This document shows positions 21,332 to 32,000 of a stretch of DNA of 32,000 bases, piece by piece. The notes under the pieces were generated by a model. The model did no database searches. It had not been told where the DNA came from and saw only the letters and a list, made by a program, of their open reading frames with translations. The stretch lies in sequence record CP114870.1. One strand, given 5' to 3'. The stretch's first letter is position 1, and each line of letters begins with the position of its first letter. A program made the translations under genes and the position numbers.

Positions 21332-22899
21332 TTATATTTATATATTATAATTATATTTATATTGATATTATTTATAATTTATCATTATAATTATATTTAT
21401 ATTTATATTTATATTTATATTTATAATTTATATTTATATTTTATAATTTATATTTATAAATTTTTTTAATTTAAATGACATAAACCTTTTAAACCAGTAT
21501 TTCCTCTCTATTTATTTGACTGTTTTTTTATAATTTATTTATTAATTTATAAAAAAAAAATTTTTTTTTAACTTGGTAGCTTTATTTTTGTTTTTTATAA
21601 TTTATTTAATTATTGTTTTTGTTTTTTGTTGTTTTTGTTTTTTTATTATATTTATTTTATTATATTTATTATATTTCTTTGATTAGTTAAGAATCTAAAT
21701 GAGAATATTATTTATATTATTATTTTAATTATATCTTATATAATTATTTTTATTATATCTATAGACTCTATCACTACTTTATTTTACAAATTATTTAAGA
21801 TAATATATATTTTACAAAATTTTATGTGTAAAATCATATAAAAATTTAAAAAGGGAGTGTAACATTTCTCCTTATTATTAATTAAAAGATAATTTGTCTA
21901 GAGAGATTAGGTTTGTTTAAGGCTGATTATATAATATCTCTTTTTTTTTAGCTCTTGAAATATAATATCAAAAAAGAGATTCATCAATTAACAAATAACA
22001 AATAGAAAACTTGTGGTTCCAATATTGATAAAACAAAAACAAAAAAATATTTTAATAATGATTCAAGATTAGAAAATTATTAAAAAAAACAAAAAAACAA
22101 AAAACAAACAAAAACTAATCAAGAATCTAAAAATTTATCATTTAAATTATAAAAATCCAAAAATAAACCTAGTAGTACAATATCTAGCTTAATACCTGAC
22201 ATAAAACCTGTTCTTTATATCTGTTAAATAAATGTAGCTTAAAAATATAGTATGAAGTATGAAAGAATGATGATTTGCTAATAAAAGGCTAGATGATAGA
22301 ATTAGAGAGAAAGAAAACAAAAACAAAAAGAAAAAAAGTAAACAACAAAAACAAAACTAAAAATAAAACAAACACAAAAATATAAAAAAAAACAAAAATA
22401 ATTAGTAAAAATATTTAAGACTACAAATTATATTACCTAACAAATTTAATTAAATTATATACACTAAATTTAAGAAAAATTTTTAAATTTCCTTTATATT
22501 ATTATCTTATTTATTTGACTTAGATTAGACTATAAAGATTAAATTAGAGAAAGAAAAACAAACAAAAATAAAACAAAAAACAAAAAGCCATAAAAAGGTT
22601 AAACAAATGTTTATTTAAGTTAAATTACAACTATCAATTTACTTTTTTTTTTTTATAGATATAATATAAATACTTTCTTTCTTTTGGAAAGTATAGTATT
22701 TAAAATATATAAATACTTTCTGTGTTTAAAGTATATATATAGTATAAGGTAATTTAAGGTATTATATCTTTTTTGATATAATAATTAGATATAATTTATA
22801 TATATGTAGATTTTATTAGTAAATAGTATTATACAATAGAATTAGAAATTTAAATATTATTGTTTTTTTGTTTTTTGAAAAATAAAAATTTAATTATTT

Positions 22900-23017
22900 A
22901 TTTTTTTCTGACACTATAACAATATTGGAATTATTTTATTTAAGCCCAAGAAGATTTGAACTTCTACAGATTCCTCATCAAGAAATAATTCTACCATTAA
23001 ATTATAGGCTTTAATTT
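22900..23017. repeat. spacer repeat unit C: a 118-bp block identical to 15343-15460 (box 3 plus trnI)
   Basis: Base-by-base comparison by eye found no mismatch. Confidence 0.85.
22941..23011 (-). tRNA. trnI: tRNA-Ile (anticodon GAU), second identical copy
   Basis: The sequence is identical to 15384-15454. Confidence 0.85.
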
Positions 23018-23766
23018 TAATATTAATATTATATTAATTTATATTATATTATATTACATTATATTATTTTTGTTTAGGATTACTTAACTCCTTTTAAATT
23101 TAAAGCTTTAATTAATTTATTTTAAAAACTAAAATTTTTGTTATAAAGTAATAATTCAAATACTCTTTTTAATTTGATTCTAATTTTCCACATTCTACAT
23201 TCTAAAATTTATATCATACTGAATTAAAAAAATTTTTTTAAGATCAGCTTTGCTAGGGGTAATTAGTATTACAATGGTAAATAGATTCAAGAAAGCTATT
23301 TTAATCTTTATTTTTGTTTTTTGTTTTTGTTTTTTTCTCTATACCTTAATTGTATTAAACATAAAAGTATGATAATTTTTATTAACCAATAAAAAAAATT
23401 TTTTTTTTTTAGGAAATCTAATCCATCTATTCTTAAAATTTATAATTTATAAGAATAATTATATCATTTAATGACTCTGTTATTATAAAAAAATTTTCTA
23501 CTATATATTTATATTATTCTATTCTATTAATAAATAATTCAAATTAAATAATATATATAATCCATCACTTACTAAAATTTAGCTTTATTTATTATATATC
23601 TTTTGTTTTTTTATTTATTTATATATACATTAGATTGATATTATACCTTGATTCTCTGTATTAGTCTTATAAATATAATTATCTAATCTGATATAATGAT
23701 TAAATAATTTAAATAAATTAAGTAAAAAAAACAAAAAACAAAAAAAAAAGAAAGTAAATAATTAGA

Positions 23767-23839
23767 GGGCCCTTAGCTTAATTGGTAGAGCACCTAATTG
23801 TCGATTAGGGTTGTCCCAGTTCGAATCTGGAAGGGCTCG
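23767..23839 (+). tRNA. trnD: tRNA-Asp (anticodon GUC)
   Basis: GGGCCCT TA GCTT AATTGGTA GAGC A CCTAA TTGTCGA TTAGG GTTGT CCCAG TTCGAAT CTGGA AGGGCTC G. This is the only plus-strand gene in the window. Confidence 0.88.
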
Positions 23840-24711
23840 TAATAAATGTAATTTATTTTTGATTGGATTAGAATTAGATAATCATTTTATGTTGGACCCT
23901 ATCTATATTAAAATAATATTATAATAAATCATTTATTCTATTTATTTAATTTGGTCTTTAAAGTTAAAAAAAAAAACAAAATAAAAAATATTAAAAAAAT
24001 AAAATAATAAAAATAACAATAAAAATAAAAAATAAAAAAACAAAAATAAAATAGAAAATAGAAAAAAAAACAAAAATTTTTTTTTTCTTAATTGGTCTCT
24101 TTTTTAATTTTAATAAAAATTTAAAATAAATATTTAGGAAAATAATAATTAAAATAGGTAGGTAGGTATAGACAAAACCAAACAAAAAATAAAAAAAACA
24201 AAACTAAAAACCAAAAACAAAAAAAAAAAAAAATAAATAATATAAAAAAAGTCCTAAAAATAAAAAACAACAAAAACATAAATAAATAAAATGTCACCAA
24301 TTTTATTTGTCACATTAGAAATAATTGAGACTATTATACAAAATTTTAATTGTTTCTTTTACTACAAATCTATTATTACAATTTTTATATAATATTTTTT
24401 AATGTTATTAATCATTTTTTTTAATATATATTAAATAAAAATATTCAATTTAGAAAGATTAAAAAAATCTTTTAGGGAATTTCTAAGTTTTAACTATATA
24501 TTTTTATATTTATTTATATTAGGCAGAGTTCTGAGAATTTTTGTATATATTTCATATTATTCTCTCTGATATTTTTATTTGGTTTTTAGATTTTATTTAG
24601 CTTCAACTAAATCTATTTAACAGGTTTTAATTAATATAATTTTAAATAAATTTTTAATAAAAAAAAACAAAAAAAATAAAAAAATTTTTTAAAATATTCC
24701 CCTATTAAATT

Positions 24712-24817
24712 AAATAGATAAATATAATTTTAAATAGATAAATATAATTTTAAATAGATAAATATAATTTTAAATAGATAAATATAATTTTAAATAGATA
24801 AATATAATTTTAAATAG
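24712..24817. repeat. 21-bp tandem repeat, about 5 copies (AAATAGATAAATATAATTTTA)
   Basis: Direct reading. The copies are contiguous, with no spacers. Confidence 0.9.
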
Positions 24818-25552
24818 TGGTTAAATTTCTTAACTAATACTAAATTTACCAACACAAAGCATCTAATAATCTTAATTAACTCTTTATCAATTAGTGATTA
24901 ATAAATAAAAAATTTTAATTTCTTCCAATTAAATTCTATTTCTATATAGCAGACTAAATTAATTATTACTATTGACTTAACAAAATTAATTAATAATTAA
25001 AAATATTTCACTTAAATAATAATAAAAAAATATAATAAAAAAAAAACAAAAAAACCAATTAACCTACACAAAAGAAAATCTTATTTCTAGTAAAATATAA
25101 AAATATTTTAAATTTGATTGTTTTATCTAAAAATATTATCTTATAAAAATAATATTATATTAGGGATACCACAAATTAAAAAAAAAAATGTAATTTGTAA
25201 TATTATTAAAATTTATTTATTTATTTTATTTATTTATTTTGGTTTTTTATATTTTAATTTAATTATTTAAATAAATTTACTTCTATTCTATAATAAACTT
25301 AATTATATAAATATAAAAATGAATATTATAATTAAAAATAGAATAATAATATTAATTTACTATCTATTTTTTTATTATTTTATTTATTTATTTTGGTTTT
25401 TATTTTTATTTAGTTTTTTGTCTTTTTTTTTTACTTAAAAAAAAAAAGACAAAAAATATTAAATTTAATAAAATAAAATTAAATTTAAATAGCTATATGA
25501 AATAAGCTTTATCTTTTCTTTAATTAAGCTTTATTTCATAATTATTTTTGTT

Positions 25553-25624
25553 TAAGGAGTAGAGGATTTGAACCTCTGTATGTAAAGTGTAAATTTACTG
25601 CTAAAACCACTCAGCTAACCCCTT
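25553..25624 (-). tRNA. trnV: tRNA-Val (anticodon UAC)
   Basis: AAGGGGT TA GCTG AGTGGTTT TAGC A GTAAA TTTACAC TTTAC ATAC AGAGG TTCAAAT CCTCT ACTCCTT A. Confidence 0.85.
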
Positions 25625-25844
25625 TCTAATTATTTTTTGTTTTTTTTATTAAATAGTAATACAAAATACCCTAGACCAGTTTAGTTTATTTATAATTATA
25701 ATAAGGTCAAGTGAAAATATTAAGGTAAAATTTATTTTTCTATTTTGTTTTCTTTTTGTTTTTTATTTTATTTGTTTTGTTATTTACTTAATTTAATTAT
25801 AATTTATGCTTCTTTTTCAAAAGGGTGGGGGGTTAAAAATTTTT

Positions 25845-28022
25845 ATTTTACAGCAGCACTTTCCAGTACAGCTACCTTGCTATGACTTTTGAGATGTTAC
25901 TTAACTGAGTTAACTGAAACTAATTAGCTTAACAAAGGTGTTTTATTATAAATGACTAATTACAATATAAAACAATTGTATTAAAATATTAGCGTACAAA
26001 CTACTTTTAAATTAAGTATGATTAAATATTTAATTTATTCTAATAATATAATAATTATAAATAACAATAAATATTATTAAGTAAAGTATACCTTTGTTAA
26101 AGTTATAACCTCGCGGCAGTTTCCCCCAAATTAAACTTCTTCCCAGCGACAGACAGTTAGTTCATCCCGAATGCTTACTTCACCGTTGCGATACTGATCA
26201 ACGATTACTCGAAATTCCTTCTTCATGTCGCCAAATTGCAGGCGACAATCCGTCTAATTATTACTTTCTTTAATGATTAGCTATTCCTTCTGACCCTGTT
26301 GAATTAATTAAATAAATTAAAAACTACATAGCTAAAAAATAGCCCAAGTTTCTAGGTCTAGTTTTGCTTCACTTTGTAAAAGTTATTGTGGCACGTCTAT
26401 AGCCCAGTTCATGAGGACCATAACGACTTGTCTTAGCCCCAAATGAAAATATTTAAAATTCATTAATTGTCAAGTATAAATTAACAACAGGGATTTCGTC
26501 CGTTAGTGGAGTTAACCTCACTTCTCACGGCACGGACTGACGACAGCCATGCAACACCTGTAAACGAATTTTTAAAATTATAAAAATTACTCAATCTGTC
26601 TCATTAGAAACAGACTGGATATGCAAGAACTGGTAAGGTTTTACGCGTACTCTCGTATTAAATAACATGCTTCACTTCGTTTGCTTCGAAACCGACTAAT
26701 TTTTTTGGTTTCAGTTTTGCAACCGTACTCGCAAGGCGGAATGGTTATCGTGTTAACATCGTTACCAGTTTTTATTAAAACTAACAACCACCATTCATCG
26801 TTGACAGTGAGAGGTATCTGGGTATCAAATCCTATTTCCTGTTCTCACCTTCGTTTCTCAGCGTCAATCAATAGTAGATAAAAAGCTTTCACCTTTAGTA
26901 TTCCCCTTAGTATCTGCGGATATCGGCCCTACTCTAAGTATTATTTGGTTTATCCTCAATTTGATCCTAGCTTTAATTCATTTTATTCTTTTTACTTAAA
27001 CCGGGATATCTTTTTTGTCCCCTTTATAATTATAAAATTAAATTAATTAAATTAATTAAATTAATTAAATTTATAAAATGTACTACCTTTATATTCATTT
27101 TTGTTTATTATTTATAAAACAAAAAACAAAAACAAAAAAATAATGGTATGACAACGGCAAAAGAGCTATTAAAAAGATTTAAACTTTTAAAGCAGCCTAC
27201 ACACCCTTTACGCCTGATTAAGATGACTAACGTTTGCGTCTCTGGTCTTACCGAGTCTTCTGGCACCAGTTTTGGACAACACTAATAATAAGGTAATATC
27301 ATTTTTTTTCCCTTATGTTATCATAATCACCAAATTAATGACTCATAATGATTTCAGTTAGCTAGTTCACTCTTGCGAGCATTGACTAAGATTCTTGACT
27401 GCTGGTAGTTTACACTACTTGGGGCTTTCCATTCCCAATGTGGCCATCTGCTCTATCAAACATGGCTTTTGATCGTAGGCTTGGTAGGCTTTTACCCTAC
27501 CAACTACCATTAAACAAAATAAATCGAATCCTATAGCAGAAAATTTCCTTTTTTAATAAATTAGCTAATTTATCTTTTATTTTTCTTATAAGTCAATATA
27601 ACTCTAATTAATCTGTAAAACTAAAAATATAATTTCACAGGATTTATTTGAGAAAGGTTAGCTAATTGTAACCTTAATTTTTTGTTAAGATTTATAACCT
27701 TTTTTTATTATATTTTTCCAAAAGTTTCTCTTATTCAATTACCCTTTTTATTGATTTATTTATTTTATTTTATTTATTTTTATTTTTTAAACCTGATAAT
27801 TAAATAGAGAAATAAAATTATCTCCGAATTAAGGAGTCTATAGGGTATCTAATTTAAAATACTCACCTTTACACCTTGTTCTTATTTATTTTATAATTAT
27901 TTATTAGTTTCAAAATAGTATAGTGAATCTAATTAATTTATAAAATTTTCAGTAACAACGATTTGCATGTCTTAAAACTACTGAAAAACGTTCAATCAGA
28001 ACCAAAATTAAATTCTTACTGA
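25845..28022 (-). rRNA. rns: mitochondrial small-subunit rRNA (ends accurate to about 25 nt)
   Basis: In minus sense the 5' region reads ...TTGGTTCTGATTGAACG...AAGACATGCAAATCG. The 530-loop equivalent is GGTGCCAGAAGACTCGGTAAGACC (RC of about 27250-27273). Further landmarks are GGATTTGATACCC, GCATGGCTGTCGTCAG.CGTGCCGTGAG, and the 3' end AAGTCATAGCAAGGTAGCTGTACTGGAAAGTGCTGCTG. Confidence 0.9.
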
Positions 28023-28353
28023 CAAATTAGATAATTATTTATTTTATCATATTTTATTTGCTTAAAGCAATCTGTATATATCTCTTTTAATTTAAATTTT
28101 TGTTTTTTACTATCTTTAAAAAATAAAAATTTTAACCAAAAAATAAACCATTAGGATTATATAATATAATAAGGGATTATTTTATATTTTAAATTTATTA
28201 AACAAATTTTGTTTTTTGTTTTTTATTTTTTGTTTTTTGTTTTGTTGTTATTATTATTTTAAATGTAATAATGAAAATAAAGAATTTATCTATATTAATA
28301 ATAAGATATACTACCCCAAAGGGTAAATTTTATATTTAAATTATAATATAAAA

Positions 28354-28989
28354 TTAAGCACTTTTATTTACTTTTTTAGATCTAGAGATTATAATAGTAG
28401 CAAACATAGCTAATAGTAAAATTACACTTAATGTAATTAATAATACCGCATCATAAGTGTATAAACCATGACCTAATACTTCTATTTGTTGAAATTCTGT
28501 AATTCTGACATCAGATACAGATGAGAAAAAAGAATTATTTACAATAGAATTAATCAAATTAATAGATACAATATTAGAATCTGATAATATACTATTTAAA
28601 TATGTCAATTTATTTAATAAAACAGATAAAGCAGGGACATTATTAAAATTGAAAGGTAAAATAGTAAAAAAAATAAATATAAATAAAGAACCAATAGCTA
28701 TAGCTAAAGGTAAATTTTTAGTATATTGATTTCCAGTTTCTAATATATCTGCTAATTTAATATTTATCATCATAATTACAAATAAAAATAATACAGCAAT
28801 AGCTCCTACATATATTATTATATAGGATATACCTACAAAATTTATTCCAATAAGAATTAAATATAATGCTGCTTGAACAAAAGTTGAAATTAAAAAAATA
28901 ACTGATATTACAGGATTTTTAGAAGTGATAGAAAAAATACTTGAGAGTAAAATCCCAAAAGCTAAAATATTTAAAAAAAGAGTTGTCAT
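28354..28989 (-). CDS. nad6: NADH dehydrogenase subunit 6
   Basis: The 211-aa track ORF reads MTTLFLNILAFGILLSSIFSITSKNPVISVIFLISTFVQAALYLILIGINFVGISYIIIYVGAIAVLFLFVIMMINIK..., a typical ND6. Confidence 0.9.
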   Translation of the reverse strand: MTTLFLNILAFGILLSSIFSITSKNPVISVIFLISTFVQAALYLILIGINFVGISYIIIYVGAIAVLFLFVIMMINIKLADILETGNQYTKNLPLAIAIGSLFIFIFFTILPFNFNNVPALSVLLNKLTYLNSILSDSNIVSINLINSIVNNSFFSSVSDVRITEFQQIEVLGHGLYTYDAVLLITLSVILLLAMFATIIISRSKKVNKSA

Positions 28990-31289
28990 TGTTAATAAAA
29001 AAATTTTAAATAGCCTGCATATTATATATTATACTTTTCTATAGCTAATATATATTTTTTCTTTATATTATTCTATTTTTCCATTTATTTAGATTTTTAT
29101 TTTAAATAATTAAATTTAAATATTTTTATTATAAATTACAATCATAATAGATTAGATTTTAATCATGGGATAATTTATATCATTATAACTCAAAAAATTT
29201 TTATTACTTAATTGTTCTTTTGTTGTTTTTATAAAGTATAAAGTTTAGGTTTAATTATTTTATTTTTTCTAATAAATTTTTAAAAAGAGTAATAGTTTTA
29301 GTATTAGTATTTAAATTTTAAAAGATTTTAATTTTAATTAAATAACCTTTTTATTAAAATAAAGATTAATAATGAATTACCATACTTAGCTAATCTCTCT
29401 TTATTCCTAATTGCTTTAAAAAAATAAAAAAAGATAATTTCATATATTTCAGTCTTATATTATAAAATTAAATTTTAATAAAAAAAAGAAACAACAAATA
29501 AAGATTGAACTAATATTTATTATAAATATGTGACTATTAACGCCAATGGTTTGTTTATATTTGATATTTGAAAAACAAAAATCAAAACAACCAAAAACAA
29601 AAAAACAACAAAAATAAATATATATAGAAAATAAATATAAATATAAACAAATTATTATATTAATACCTGATAATCAAAATAAAAATAAAAATTTATTATA
29701 AATAGTTTATATATATTAAAAATATTTATTTTAATATAGAATTTAGAATTTAAAGAATTTAAATAGCTAATTAGAATATTTATTATATTTTATTTATTAC
29801 TATAGAAATTGAGCATATTTTTTTTTACAATTCTATTTTTAATATTTTTTTTTTTGTTTTTGTTTTTGAGTTTAAGATTTCATGATATTATAATCCAAAC
29901 TAATAAATAGGAAAATTTATACTATTATTACAGGTAAGGTTAAATAGGATTAGTTCATAAACATAAAACAAAATTTAATTGTAATGGGTTTACAATAGAA
30001 TTAGAATAGTTAATTAAACAATATTAAAGATAATGTATTAAAAAGGCTTTAAACAAATTTTAATTTATATTAACTATCCTTCAGCTGTATGATGTAATAC
30101 TGAATTTAAATAAATTATTTTTGATTTTGTTTTTGTTTTTAATGACAATAAAAAAATAAATCACAACTACCCTAAAATAAAATAATTAATTAATTTGTGC
30201 TATACTTTAAACCAGTGAAGAATTTCAATGGTTTGTTGTAAGATACAAAGAATTTTAATATTATTTACCTTCTAAACTATCACATTATATGTTTCTACTT
30301 TAATCCAATATATTTAAAGTACACTCTAATATTAAAAATTTAAAGAGTAAAGATTTAATAGCATCTATGATATTTATACTAGATTTTTGATAGTGTCAAA
30401 GAAAAATAAATATTTAAATACCAAAAGATATTTAGAAATAATAAATTTTTTGATTTGAGAGATAGTTTACAATGAAAGAAAACAAACACAAAACTAAAAA
30501 ACAAATAACTTAATAAAAATTAAAAAAATGCAGGTTTAACCTAGAAAATTGACCCTTAATATTTATTCTTTTTAATACCTTTAAATTAAAAATTATAATG
30601 GCAGGATGACTTTGCATTCTAAATAAAAACCACAAACCAAAAATAAAAAGTTAATTATTATAAATAAAAATTTCCCTTTAAAATTTTAATAAAATCTTAT
30701 ACTATTAAAATATTATCCCTTAATATAGAATGTTAAAAAATTAAAAAATAGAAAAATAGTTTTCTCCTAGAATTATAAAAGTTAAATCCAAATTTAGTCA
30801 TTATGAAAAATCTAATTCTAAAATACAAAATGCAAGTAAACAATATAACTACAGCTATCATTCTGAAATATTTTTAAGATTTGCACAAATAGTTCCAGAT
30901 CCAACTAAATTTTAAAATTAAAGGTTAACAATTTAGTATTAGATTATTATGAACAAAGTACTCTAGCTAATTCATATAGCTTTAAATAAAATTTTAAATA
31001 TTTTTATTTTAGATACAAGACATTTATTATTTTTTATTTTGTTTATTTATTTATATTTTTATTTCTTTTTATTATTTGTTTTTAATTTAACAGAAATATT
31101 TTAGGTTTTTATTATAGTTATAGTTATAGTTATAATTTAAAAATAGACATTTAAATTATATAACAATAGTATTTTTTTTTTAACCAAATTAAAGAAAAAA
31201 AAATAGAAATATTATTGTTAGTTAATCAATTAATATTGACAATTTAATCAATTATAAAGATTAAAATTATTAATTATATTTTCTTTTTT

Positions 31290-31428
<139 letters not shown>

Positions 31429-31722
31429 GATTGATTATATGAAGATAATTTATTTTTGTAAAAATAAATCGTATATTTTGTTTCTATTTTTATCTACTAT
31501 TCAATGATTTAGGGATTTATGTTTTGAGATTTGGGGGTTAATTTAAAAATCTATTTATCAATATAGGAGATAATAAAGTATTATAAAACTATAAAAAGAT
31601 AAATTCATTTAATCATAAAATGGAAAAAAAAAAATATTTAATTTAAAATTCTAAATTAATTTGAGTAGGCAAATTAAAGTATAGGAAAGTAATAAATAAT
31701 AATAACAAATCTAAAATTTAAA

Positions 31723-32000
31723 TTAAACAGTATAAATTAAAGCTGAGATTGAAGTATGAAGAGGATTTAATAATATATTAGGTAAAATACCAAAAATAAA
31801 AGTTGGTAATAATAAACTAATTAAAATATAAAATTCTCTTCTATTAATATCTTTAATAACAGGTATATGAGGTGAATAAGAACCATAAGATAGTCTATTA
31901 TATAAAAATAAGGAATAGCAAGCAGATAAAACAATACCACTAGCACCTAAGGAAGCTATTATTGGATTTTGTTGCCATATTCCAATTAAAGATAATTGTT
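31723..32000 (-). CDS. nad4: NADH dehydrogenase subunit 4, 3' end (last 92 codons; the gene continues beyond the window)
   Basis: QLSLIGIWQQNPIIASLGASGIVLSACYSLFLYNRLSYGSYSPHIPVIKDINRREFYILISLLLPTFIFGILPNILLNPLHTSISALIYTV*. This matches the ND4 C-terminal pattern (AAYSL.LYNR...DL.RREF...GI.P..IL..LH..VS.LIY). The stop is TAA at 31723-31725. Confidence 0.8.
   Translation of the reverse strand, partial: QLSLIGIWQQNPIIASLGASGIVLSACYSLFLYNRLSYGSYSPHIPVIKDINRREFYILISLLLPTFIFGILPNILLNPLHTSISALIYTV

Noticed and set aside
24712-24817. Regularly spaced 21-bp repeats, checked as a possible CRISPR array along with the other tandem arrays in the window.
   Set aside because: The units are directly abutting with no unique spacers, the context is mitochondrial, and no cas-like ORFs are present. 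These are ordinary minisatellites.
26681-26881. A 66-aa plus-strand ORF.
   Set aside because: It is antisense to the conserved central domain of rns. It stays open only because of the rRNA's higher GC content.

Overview
This is very AT-rich (roughly 20% GC by eye) fungal-type mitochondrial DNA, not a prokaryotic locus. The intron ORFs only read through if TGA = Trp (translation table 4). Every gene except one tRNA is on the minus strand. In minus sense, from high to low coordinates, the order is: nad4 3' end (31723-32000); a 2.7 kb AT-rich spacer; nad6; rns (~2.2 kb, with expansion inserts); trnV(UAC); trnD(GUC), on the plus strand; a trnI(GAU) copy; a 2.3 kb spacer; nad1 (3 exons, 2 group I introns); trnI(GAU); a trnI-derived paralog with a mutated anticodon loop; cob; a decaying free-standing LAGLIDADG gene followed by a displaced second copy of the cob 3' end; a tRNA-like remnant; cox2 exon 1, whose gene continues outside the window behind an intron. 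cob has 7 exons totalling 1185 nt spread over 10.5 kb. It carries one group II intron with an intact RT/maturase/HNH ORF and five group I introns with LAGLIDADG or GIY-YIG ORFs in different states of decay. The spacers are full of microsatellites and a dispersed (A4-8 C)n / (G T4-8)n element family. I found no CRISPR array, no defence-island-like cluster and no long unassigned ORF. The items worth a second look are: an endonuclease-driven duplication of the cob terminus; 15-nt and 36-nt micro-exons between three paralogous introns; a GC-richer, TGA-rich group II intron; a duplicated and possibly remoulded tRNA; a Trp-codon split between host exons (TGG only) and mobile ORFs (TGA); and the dispersed A/C repeats. 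All exon/intron borders were inferred by eye from protein conservation plus splice-site rules and need RNA confirmation.
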